DNA from: Aquificota bacterium
GTDB taxonomy: Bacteria; Aquificota; Aquificia; Aquificales; QOAS01
DNA length: 36,477 nt
NCBI GenBank assembly: GCA_026987085.1
Contig: JALSNH010000145.1
Span: 1 to 36,477 of the forward strand
Direction of reading: 5' to 3'
Shown piece by piece: positions 1 through 7,303 of the stretch. Positions within the stretch are counted from its first letter, which is position 1; each line of letters opens with the position of its first letter. Position numbers and translations under genes: made by a program. The notes beneath the pieces are model-generated. The model had not been told where the DNA came from and ran no database searches. It was given only the letters and a program-made list of their open reading frames with translations.

Positions 1-211
1 TTTCAACATAATCGATAAATACCGGAATATCGTTTCCTACCGGGCATCCCGCCTTACACCTTTTGTCGTAGTCCCTGCAGAAGATACACCTATCGCTCTC
101 ATCCAAAACTTGGTTGACCGTATAACCGAGGTCGTATTCCTTAAAAGTTTTTTTACGCTCCTCCGCCGGCAAAAGGCAGGTTTCATTTCTATCGAGCCAC
201 CTAATGGCCAT
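1..211 (-). CDS. NfnB/SudA/GltD-family Fe-S flavoprotein, 5' part (runs off window start)
   Basis: Not in the ORF track. Manual translation MAIRWLDRNETCLLPAEERKKTFKEYDLGYTVNQVLDESDRCIFCRDYDKRCKAGCPVGNDIP shows the ER..F.E and RCxxC...CxxGCP N-terminal Fe-S motifs of the GltD/NfnB family. SD AGGAGG at 221-226. Same strand as the upstream NfnA-like gene. Confidence 0.85.
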   Translation of the reverse strand, partial: MAIRWLDRNETCLLPAEERKKTFKEYDLGYTVNQVLDESDRCIFCRDYDKRCKAGCPVGNDIPVFIDYVE

Positions 212-225
212 TTTTAAAAACCTCC

Positions 226-690
226 TTAGGTAGTTTTTAAAAGGTTTCTCTCACCCAAATAGGTTTTAAAACGTTCAAAAATCTCCAAAAGAAGTTCGCT
301 CTTATTTAAGGCCTCTTTGAGGTCTTCAATAATTTTTTCCGTCTCCCAAGGGTAGGTACAGGTCATTTTGTTTCTTAACGCCCTAAGTTGAAACCACTCT
401 TCACTTGAAACCAATCCAAGTTTTTCTAATCTATTTAACCAGTCCAAAAAGGGTTGGTTCTCTATATCCTCACCGAGCACCTTTAAAGTGAGTGGAAAAA
501 GTTTTTTCCCCAAAGCGTCTTGGAACTTTGTAAACCTGAAAATGAAAGAATCTATCACCGCTACCTTTTGAGGGTCTTCGAAAAGCTCCTCACTAATTTC
601 TCCCCATTCCTCTATCTGCTTTTTTGCAAAGAGCATCCTCGCCTTGTGTTTTTCCAGTTCCTCTATTACCTTTTGAAGGTTCCTTAACAT
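226..690 (-). CDS. HEPN / nucleotidyltransferase substrate-binding (HI0074/HepT-like) protein; RxxxxH motif altered
   Basis: DSFIFRFTKFQD, LNRLEKLG and W..LR.LRN...xY motifs are typical of MNT-associated HEPN proteins. Overlaps the upstream MNT gene. The motif reads RNKMTC instead of RNxxxH. Confidence 0.8.
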   Translation of the reverse strand: MLRNLQKVIEELEKHKARMLFAKKQIEEWGEISEELFEDPQKVAVIDSFIFRFTKFQDALGKKLFPLTLKVLGEDIENQPFLDWLNRLEKLGLVSSEEWFQLRALRNKMTCTYPWETEKIIEDLKEALNKSELLLEIFERFKTYLGERNLLKTT

Positions 691-956
691 AACCTCACAC
701 CTTTGGTTTTTGCCTCTATAGCTATCTCCGATGTTGAGCCAAACTTTTCAACCACAACATCTATCTTTTGCTCCCCTATCCTCATGTAGAGTTTGGCTAA
801 AAATTTGACCACCTTTTGAGTTTTGTAGCCTTCCCCTGTTTCCAGATAGAGGTCTATATCCCCTCCCCTCCTATTTAGGTCAGTTCTGGAACCGAACAAC
901 CAGAGTTTTACCGAGTTTCCGAAAACCTCTTTTGCAGTTTTCACAATCTCCTCCAC
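684..956 (-). CDS. Minimal nucleotidyltransferase (MNT, MntA-like antitoxin); start uncertain, may extend to ~986
   Basis: LFGSR...GGDIDL motif plus a downstream KIDVV Asp; ~90-100 aa; coupled to the HEPN gene. Confidence 0.88.
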   Translation of the reverse strand: MEEIVKTAKEVFGNSVKLWLFGSRTDLNRRGGDIDLYLETGEGYKTQKVVKFLAKLYMRIGEQKIDVVVEKFGSTSEIAIEAKTKGVRLC

Positions 957-982
957 CCACCCTTTGGGGAGACGGACTCTGT

Positions 983-1894
983 TTATTGTTCCTTTTTTTG
1001 TTGCTGCTTTTTTCTCTTTAACCTCGGTAAGAGCTTGTTAACAAAGTATTCGAGGTTTTCCTTTTCAAGGTCCCAATAGTAGCCACTTCTGAAGGCGACA
1101 TTCTTCCAATCAACCGCATTTCCGTCGAGGTAAGGTCCTTCTAAGCAGTTTTGGACCATTTTGTCGCCAACTTTCACCCTGCAGGTTAAGCAAAGTCCGC
1201 TGGTGCAGAGCATCATCGAAGCAACGAGCGAGATATTTTTAATGCCCTTCTCTTTGGTAGCCTCGGCGAGTATCTCACCCTGACCGGTTCCACCGGCGTA
1301 AACTACGAGGTCGGGAGTTCCCTTTTCGTTAATAAAGTCCTCAAGTGCTTGAATTACACCGCCCTCTCTGCCGTATTCGTCATCTTCGGTGTAAACGGAG
1401 ACCTTTTCTTCTCCAAAGAGCTCCTTGTACTCCTTTTCGCAGTAGATGTTTTCCCTGCTGCCGCCTACGATAGCGATGTAAACGTCATTACCCGCATCGG
1501 CCAAAGCTTTAGCTATAGGGTAGTTGGCCCCCGCCCCCCAACCGTGGCCGATAACAAGGACGGTTCCATATTTTTCCACAGGGAAAGGATTACCATTAGG
1601 ACCTTCCACGTTAAAAAACTCGTCCCCTTCCTCAAAAAGTTCAACGAGTTCTACCGTTGCCCTATTGTAGGCCTCTACAAGAATGGAAAAGGTTCCCTTT
1701 TGAGGATTTATTTCCACAATCTGCATCGGTTGGCGGGGACTTAGCTCGGTAGCTTGGAAGGTAACAAACTGGCCAGCTTTGGCCTTATTTGCCACCAAAG
1801 GGTGGTAGATTTCCAAAAAGTACCCTCTTGGGGAAACCTGTTTTTTCGATACCAATTTGGGTTTATCTAGCAGCTCCAACACTTTGGCGGTCAT
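983..1894 (-). CDS. NfnA/SudB/PyrK-family FAD/NAD-binding [2Fe-2S] electron-transfer subunit
   Basis: AGQFV, GPNGNPF and a C-terminal CxxxxCxxCRV...CLEGP cluster motif; strong SD GGGAGG; operonic with the NfnB/GltD-like gene. Confidence 0.85.
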   Translation of the reverse strand: MTAKVLELLDKPKLVSKKQVSPRGYFLEIYHPLVANKAKAGQFVTFQATELSPRQPMQIVEINPQKGTFSILVEAYNRATVELVELFEEGDEFFNVEGPNGNPFPVEKYGTVLVIGHGWGAGANYPIAKALADAGNDVYIAIVGGSRENIYCEKEYKELFGEEKVSVYTEDDEYGREGGVIQALEDFINEKGTPDLVVYAGGTGQGEILAEATKEKGIKNISLVASMMLCTSGLCLTCRVKVGDKMVQNCLEGPYLDGNAVDWKNVAFRSGYYWDLEKENLEYFVNKLLPRLKRKKQQQKKEQ

Positions 1895-2022
1895 TAACTA
1901 TCCTCCCTTCTTGAGTTTTTGTTAAATGATAACAAAAAGGTAGAATAGGAAATCAAAACAGATAGGAATATACCCCTTTTTGGAAAACCTTACCTTTTAT
2001 AGAAAATTTGCGGGCTAAAACC

Positions 2023-2083
2023 CTATTATGAAGTGATACAAACCCACTCCGAAGCTCCGTATCTTTGATGCAAGGTAGTTTGC
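2023..2083 (+). repeat. ~60-bp IS200/IS605-end-like intergenic repeat, copy 1
   Basis: GAAGCTCCGTATC-TTT-GATGCAAGGTAGTTTGC hairpin. Its reverse complement aligns by eye with 33150-33209 and 34283-34337. Confidence 0.65.
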
Positions 2084-2123
2084 TTTTATATTTTATTCTC
2101 TTAATACAGAATTCTTTTGTGCT

Positions 2124-3164
2124 ATGGCTTTCCGAAGCTTGTGGCAAATTTCTAAAAATTCCTTAATTGCGAATATAAAAAATATAGCCCGCTTCGCGGG
2201 AAAAAAAATTATCGCTGTAGTAAAAGCAAACGCTTACGGCCATGGAGCTAAAGAGGTTGCACATCTGTTGGAACCTTTGAAAGAGATTGAGTTTTTCGCC
2301 GTAGCCACACCCGAAGAGGGAGCCAAACTTCGGAAAGCCGGTATTAGAAAACCCATTTTAGTTCTATTTGGCTTTTTGCCTTGGGAGGTACCTTTACTAA
2401 AAATCTATAGGCTCACACCGGTGGTGGGAAATTTTAAAGAACTGAGGTTGGTATTGAATTTAAAGATTCCTTACCATCTCAACATCGATACAGGTATGGG
2501 AAGGTGCGGCTTTTTGGTTCCCCCCTACGAACTTCTAAAAAGATTTCCACCTGAAGGGGTTATGAGCCATTTTCCCTCCGCCGATATAGATAGAACATTT
2601 ACTGAAAACCAAATAAGGGAGTTTTACAAATTAACCCTCCCTTTAAGAGGGATTAAATACCTACACATTCAAAACTCCGCCGGTTTGGTTTATAAAGCTT
2701 TTTACACCAACCTTGTTAGGGTAGGTCTTGCAATTTATGGGGAGTATTCCTCTCCCCTTCTAAAAGAAAAGGGTTTGAAGCTATTCTTTCCTTCCGAGGT
2801 AAGTTCCCCAATTCTAACCGTTAAAAGACTCCCTAAGGGAAGTTGTATCTCTTACGGTTGCAGATATAAATTGAAAAAAGCTTCGTGGATAGGAATTATT
2901 CCCTTCGGCTACGCCGATGGGCTAAATAGAAAATTTTCCAACCGTTTAAAGGTCTTTTATAAAGAAAAAAGCTTTCCTATCGTGGGAAACATAACAATGG
3001 ACCTTTCGGTGGTCAATTTTGGAAATAATAAACCATCGGAAGGAGAGAGGGTCATTTTGATCGATAGAAGGCAAAAATTTAGCGATTTGGCCTCCCTTAT
3101 TGGAACCATTCCTTACGAAATTATGACCTCCATAGGGGAAAGGGTGAAGAGAATTTTTCGTTAA
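2124..3164 (+). CDS. alr: Alanine racemase
   Basis: AVVKANAYGHG PLP-lysine motif, IDTGMGRCG, ISYG, GYADG, ITMD, GTIPYEI. Confidence 0.97.
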   Translation: MAFRSLWQISKNSLIANIKNIARFAGKKIIAVVKANAYGHGAKEVAHLLEPLKEIEFFAVATPEEGAKLRKAGIRKPILVLFGFLPWEVPLLKIYRLTPVVGNFKELRLVLNLKIPYHLNIDTGMGRCGFLVPPYELLKRFPPEGVMSHFPSADIDRTFTENQIREFYKLTLPLRGIKYLHIQNSAGLVYKAFYTNLVRVGLAIYGEYSSPLLKEKGLKLFFPSEVSSPILTVKRLPKGSCISYGCRYKLKKASWIGIIPFGYADGLNRKFSNRLKVFYKEKSFPIVGNITMDLSVVNFGNNKPSEGERVILIDRRQKFSDLASLIGTIPYEIMTSIGERVKRIFR

Positions 3165-3902
3165 ATGGATCTTTCTTTTTTCAAAACCGCTAGGGTATTT
3201 TTAAGATTAAAAGGAAACCTAAAAGCGGTTAGACATCCATCTATTCCCTCTTTAGAGGATTTTGTAGGATTTGAACGGCAAAAGGAACTTTTAAAAAAAA
3301 ATACCTTAGCCCTTTTGAAAGGTGAAGCTTTTAACGATATCCTCCTGTGGGGTAAAAGGGGAACGGGAAAGAGTTCCTTGGTTCGGGCAATGTTAAATCT
3401 CTCTCCGGAGCTAAAACTTTTACAGGTAGACAGAGAAGAAGTAGATTTTCTCTTTGATTTCCTAGATGCAGCCCACGATTTGGAGAATTTGAAATTTATA
3501 ATCCTCCTAGAGGATTTAACGTTTGACCGTTCCGAGGAAAGGTCTATAAGACTCTTGAAAACCCTTTTGGATGGTTCGGTTATAAAAAGACCTAATAATG
3601 TAGTATTTTACGCAACCTCCAACTTGAGGAACCTAACTTTAAAACCCGATGAAAACACCTCCAATCGCGAACTGGAAGAGGAACTTTTCTCCTTGGTAGA
3701 CCGTTTTGGATTAAGATTGGGATTTAACAATTTTTCCAAGGAGGACTATCTAAAGGCTGTAAAGCTACATCTTGAAAAATTTGGGGTCAAATTTAGCCCG
3801 GCGATAAAAAAGGCCTCTTTAGAGTTTGCTGCCGAACGAGGTTTTTCGGGAAGGGTAGCTATCCACTTTGTCAAATTTTGGTTATCAACCGTTAAAAGGT
3901 AG
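3165..3902 (+). CDS. DUF815-family AAA+ ATPase
   Basis: LLWGKRGTGKSSLV Walker A, LKTLLDGS, YATSN, SLVDRFGL, FSGRVA. Confidence 0.88.
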   Translation: MDLSFFKTARVFLRLKGNLKAVRHPSIPSLEDFVGFERQKELLKKNTLALLKGEAFNDILLWGKRGTGKSSLVRAMLNLSPELKLLQVDREEVDFLFDFLDAAHDLENLKFIILLEDLTFDRSEERSIRLLKTLLDGSVIKRPNNVVFYATSNLRNLTLKPDENTSNRELEEELFSLVDRFGLRLGFNNFSKEDYLKAVKLHLEKFGVKFSPAIKKASLEFAAERGFSGRVAIHFVKFWLSTVKR

Positions 3903-3924
3903 AAGGTATGCTTCAATAACCACC

Positions 3925-5070
3925 ATGGGGCGGATAGAAAAGGTAAGTCCTTTCATAGTTATGGAGATTCTCGAAAAGGCTAAAGAACTAGAAAAAAAAG
4001 GAAGAGATATAGTCCATATGGAAATAGGGGAACCCGACCTGCCCCCCTCCCCAAGGGTGTTGGAAAAGATTGAAAAGGTAAAAAAAGAGGCCAACCACTA
4101 TACCCCCTCTTTAGGAATTTGGGAACTGCGGGAAGAGATAGCTTACTATTACTGGAGGAAATATAGGGTCTATATATCTCCCGAAAGAATTTTAATAACC
4201 ACCGGAACGAGCGGAGCGTTTTCCCTTATATTTTCCGCCCTCTTTGAACCGGGTGAAGGTATTGTTTTCACCGACCCAGGGTATCCCTGTTATAAAAACT
4301 TTGCACAGATTTACTGTTTGGAACCATTCACGGTACAAATAGATAACTCAACCAACTATGAGTTGAGAAGTTTTCACCTTGAAGAGTTAAAAGGTTATAC
4401 GGAACACTATAAAGGATTTTTAATAACCTCCCCTTCCAACCCAGTCGGGAATATTTATTCAAAATCTACCCTAAAGGAGTTGGCCAACTATGCGGAGAAG
4501 GAGGATTTACTTTTTATCTCCGATGAAATTTACCATGGTTTAAATTACGAAAAGGAAGTTCATACCGCCTTGGAATTTACCGACAAGGCTATAGTGGTAA
4601 ACGGTTTTTCCAAATATTTCTGTATGCCCGGTTTTAGATTAGGATGGGTTATCGTTCCCAAAAAATATGTCCGCCCTATGCAGATAATTGCCCAAAATCT
4701 ATTCATATCCCCTCCAACCTTAAGTCAGCTGGTGGCTATTGAAGCTTTAAGGGACGATACCTATTTAAAAAAGGTAAGAAACACTTTCAAAGAAAGAAGG
4801 GATTACTTATATAGCGAGCTAAGTAAGCTATTTAAAATAGAAACCCCACCCGAAGGGGCCTTTTATATTTGGGCAAATATAGAAAAGTATTCAAAAAACA
4901 GTTTAAAGTTTGCTAAAGATTTATTGGAAAAGGCGGGAGTGGCGGTCACCCCCGGTGTGGACTTTGGTGAAAACAAAACCAACCTTTACATCCGCTTTGC
5001 TTATACCGCCTCCTTAGATAGGTTGAAAGAGGGAGTTGAACGCATTAAAAGGTTTTTAGAAAACTATTGA
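3925..5070 (+). CDS. PLP-dependent class I/II aminotransferase (aspartate aminotransferase-like)
   Basis: IGEPD, SPSNPVG, ISDEIY, NGFSKYFCMPGFRLGW. Start moved to the ATG at 3925 to avoid overlap with the upstream gene. Confidence 0.93.
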   Translation: MGRIEKVSPFIVMEILEKAKELEKKGRDIVHMEIGEPDLPPSPRVLEKIEKVKKEANHYTPSLGIWELREEIAYYYWRKYRVYISPERILITTGTSGAFSLIFSALFEPGEGIVFTDPGYPCYKNFAQIYCLEPFTVQIDNSTNYELRSFHLEELKGYTEHYKGFLITSPSNPVGNIYSKSTLKELANYAEKEDLLFISDEIYHGLNYEKEVHTALEFTDKAIVVNGFSKYFCMPGFRLGWVIVPKKYVRPMQIIAQNLFISPPTLSQLVAIEALRDDTYLKKVRNTFKERRDYLYSELSKLFKIETPPEGAFYIWANIEKYSKNSLKFAKDLLEKAGVAVTPGVDFGENKTNLYIRFAYTASLDRLKEGVERIKRFLENY

Positions 5071-5315
5071 GCCTCCAAATGTTTTTTTAAAGCCTCTATC
5101 TCCTTCCAAAGGAGATCCCTTTCCTTTTCAAGGACCTCTATTCGTTTTAAAAGTTCTTTTCTTTCCTCCCGGAGTAATTTTATAAGGTCAAAAAGTTGAT
5201 CCAACATTTTCTGTTGATTTTCAATCTGCACCCAAATTTCGGTATGAACCTTTTCTATTTTTATCAACCTTTTACGGTTCTCTTCATTGTAATAATCCCT
5301 GTCGTAGATACTCAT
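5064..5315 (-). CDS. Hypothetical coiled-coil protein with N-terminal MSIYDRDY motif
   Basis: 83-aa ORF with ATG start and a heptad-like Leu/Ile pattern; fills the gap between genes. Confidence 0.7.
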   Translation of the reverse strand: MSIYDRDYYNEENRKRLIKIEKVHTEIWVQIENQQKMLDQLFDLIKLLREERKELLKRIEVLEKERDLLWKEIEALKKHLEAQ

Positions 5316-5329
5316 AGGAGATTAAATTA

Positions 5330-5563
5330 TTAGGCCTTTTCAGGTAGGTCGATTTCAAAAATCTTCTCTTTCGAAGTTTCACCTTTAATCAATTTCACCC
5401 TCGATTTGGGAATTTTAAAAAATTCCGCCAAAAGTTCTCTTATTTTTTCATTTGCCCGACCTTTTTCCGGGGGAGCATTTACTCTAACCTCGTAGAGGTT
5501 ATTTTCAATGCGCTTTACTCCCTCTTTTTTCGATTTAGGCTTGGCTTTAACTTTTATAAGCAT
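5330..5563 (-). CDS. DUF167/YggU (UPF0235) protein
   Basis: VRVNAPPEKGRANE...GETSKEK family pattern. Confidence 0.92.
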   Translation of the reverse strand: MLIKVKAKPKSKKEGVKRIENNLYEVRVNAPPEKGRANEKIRELLAEFFKIPKSRVKLIKGETSKEKIFEIDLPEKA

Positions 5564-5600
5564 TATTAAATAATTAATTAAAGGCAGTGCAAAGCGAAAA

Positions 5601-6092
5601 TTATTTTTTCAATAAACCGAGTTCTTTAAGAATTCTTTCAACGTGCCCTTTTGCTCTTACATTTCTCCACGCCTTTTTAATAACACCGTCCTCTATATAA
5701 AAGGTACTTCTTATAATACCTTTAGTAATTTTTCCATAGCTTTTCTTTTCCCCATAGGCACCAAACATTTCCGCAACCTTTTTATCAATATCCGAAAGAA
5801 GTATAAAGTTGAGGTTGTGTTTTTCTTTAAACCTTTTGTGTGATTGGACACTATCGGGTGAAATTCCTATAACGGTTATCCCGTAATTTTTTATTAAATT
5901 CAGATTATCCCTAAAATCGCACGCCTCGGTGGTGCAGCCGGGAGTATTATCTTTAGGGTAAAAATAAATAATTACCTTTCCTTTAGCAAAATCTTTAAAA
6001 CAAAACTCCTTTTCCTGGCCATTTTCATCGATACCTTTAAGGCAGAAGTTAGGAACTTTGTCCCCTTCCTGAAGAAACTTCTTCGATTCCAT
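5601..6092 (-). CDS. bcp: Peroxiredoxin, BCP/PrxQ type
   Basis: YFYPKDNTPGCTTEACDFRD, GISPD, IIRSTF. Confidence 0.96.
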   Translation of the reverse strand: MESKKFLQEGDKVPNFCLKGIDENGQEKEFCFKDFAKGKVIIYFYPKDNTPGCTTEACDFRDNLNLIKNYGITVIGISPDSVQSHKRFKEKHNLNFILLSDIDKKVAEMFGAYGEKKSYGKITKGIIRSTFYIEDGVIKKAWRNVRAKGHVERILKELGLLKK

Positions 6093-6192
6093 AAAAAGGT
6101 TAGTATGCCTACTAAAGAGGTGTTTCTCACATAAGAATTTAACAGGTAAGCAGCAAGTTAAGCTTAAAAATAGATTTTTAATTATTCGGCAA

Positions 6193-6201
6193 TGCTATAA
6201 T
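6193..6201 (+). promoter_or_regulatory. Extended -10 promoter for rpsO
   Basis: TG-C-TATAAT, ~35 nt upstream of the rpsO ATG, with SD AAGGAGG at 6222-6228. Confidence 0.7.
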
Positions 6202-6236
6202 AGCTAAGTTCACCAAATTTAAAGGAGGTGGAAAAA

Positions 6237-6521
6237 ATGGCCTTACCCAAGGACACAATTGAAAAAATTATTAAAGAGTATCAGAGACATGAGAAGGATA
6301 CCGGCTCCCCCGAAGTTCAAATTGCAATTTTGACCGAAAAAATCCAAAGGCTAACCGAACATCTAAAAAGACATAAAAAAGATATCCACTCCCGCAGGGG
6401 ACTTATAGCTATGGTTAACAAAAGAAGAAGACTTCTCGAATATCTCAAAGAGACCGATTACAACAAATATGTTGATATAGTTAAGAAACTTGGTATCAGA
6501 ATTTCTAAAACTTCGGTTTAA
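6237..6521 (+). CDS. rpsO: 30S ribosomal protein S15
   Basis: [13 protein letters not shown]...[14 protein letters not shown] 6237 is properly spaced from GGAGG. Confidence 0.98.
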   Translation: MALPKDTIEKIIKEYQRHEKDTGSPEVQIAILTEKIQRLTEHLKRHKKDIHSRRGLIAMVNKRRRLLEYLKETDYNKYVDIVKKLGIRISKTSV

Positions 6522-6526
6522 GCTGT

Positions 6527-6564
6527 GGGGGGAATCTCTACCCCTCCGGGGATTCCCCTTTTTT
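6527..6564 (+). terminator. Rho-independent terminator after rpsO
   Basis: GGGGAATC...GATTCCCC stem followed by TTTTTT. Confidence 0.8.
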
Positions 6565-6589
6565 CATTCAAAGTTAATATAGTGAATTT

Positions 6590-7267
6590 ATGTCCAATAA
6601 ACCCTATACGATAATAACTTCCGAAATTACCGTAGATGGAAAACTAACCCTCTACAGGGGAGCTTCCTCAAAAGAGTTAATGACTTTTATGGATGTGGAG
6701 GCCTACAAATACCTACACCAAATAAGGGCCAAAGTAGATGCCATAATGGTAGGTTGCGAAACGGTAAGAACCGACAATCCCTCTTTAACTGTTCGATATG
6801 TTGAAGGCAAGAATCCTATAAGGATAATTCCCTGTGGAAGTGGAAATATTCCTTTAGATGCCAATATCTTTTCGAAGGATTCGGAAACTTGGATTTTAAC
6901 AACCCCAAAAATGCCCGAGGATGTAAGAAAGGCCATAGAAAGCAAAGGGCATAAAGTTTTTCTCTTTCAAAAAGAGAAACTGGACTTTAAAGAAATTTGG
7001 GAATTTTTATACAAAAAGGGTATTAGAAGTATTTTGGTAGAGGGAGGATCGAACGTTAACTGGCAGTTGGTAAAAAACAACCTTGTTGATGAAGTTAGAC
7101 TAATACATATACCGGTAATAGTAGGTGGTGAAGATATTCCTACTTTGGTTGGTGGAGAAGGCTTTAAAGCCCTTTCAAAGCTTTTACATTTAAGACTTCG
7201 TTCCCATTTTGTGAGAGGAAGGCAACTTATCACCGAATGGGAAGTTGTAAAAGATAAGAAGGCCTAA
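6590..7267 (+). CDS. Stand-alone RibD C-terminal (archaeal/RibD2-type) pyrimidine nucleotide reductase
   Basis: TVDGKL, DAIMVGCETVRTDNPSLTVR, ILVEGG; no deaminase domain. Confidence 0.88.
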   Translation: MSNKPYTIITSEITVDGKLTLYRGASSKELMTFMDVEAYKYLHQIRAKVDAIMVGCETVRTDNPSLTVRYVEGKNPIRIIPCGSGNIPLDANIFSKDSETWILTTPKMPEDVRKAIESKGHKVFLFQKEKLDFKEIWEFLYKKGIRSILVEGGSNVNWQLVKNNLVDEVRLIHIPVIVGGEDIPTLVGGEGFKALSKLLHLRLRSHFVRGRQLITEWEVVKDKKA

Positions 7268-7303
7268 TCTTGTTTAGGTGTTTTTTTATCCTTTATCCTC
7301 TTA

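Noticed and set aside
1349..1744. 131-aa plus-strand ORF and the many similar opposite-strand or nested ORFs in the track (e.g. 7556-7972, 16221-16535, 16906-17273, 28830-29129, 30458-30837, 33724-33978)
   Set aside because: They lie within or antisense to well-supported genes, mostly start at TTG/GTG without an RBS, and carry no recognisable motifs; treated as shadow ORFs.
1953..2147. 64-aa minus-strand ORF in the nfnA-alr gap
   Set aside because: It overlaps the alr start, runs through the hairpin repeat, and has no RBS or protein motif.
6099..6126. TTAGTA-TGCC-TACTAA hairpin with CTAAAGAGG, as a possible further IS-end copy
   Set aside because: Too short and divergent to align with the three clearer copies; could be chance or a local operator.
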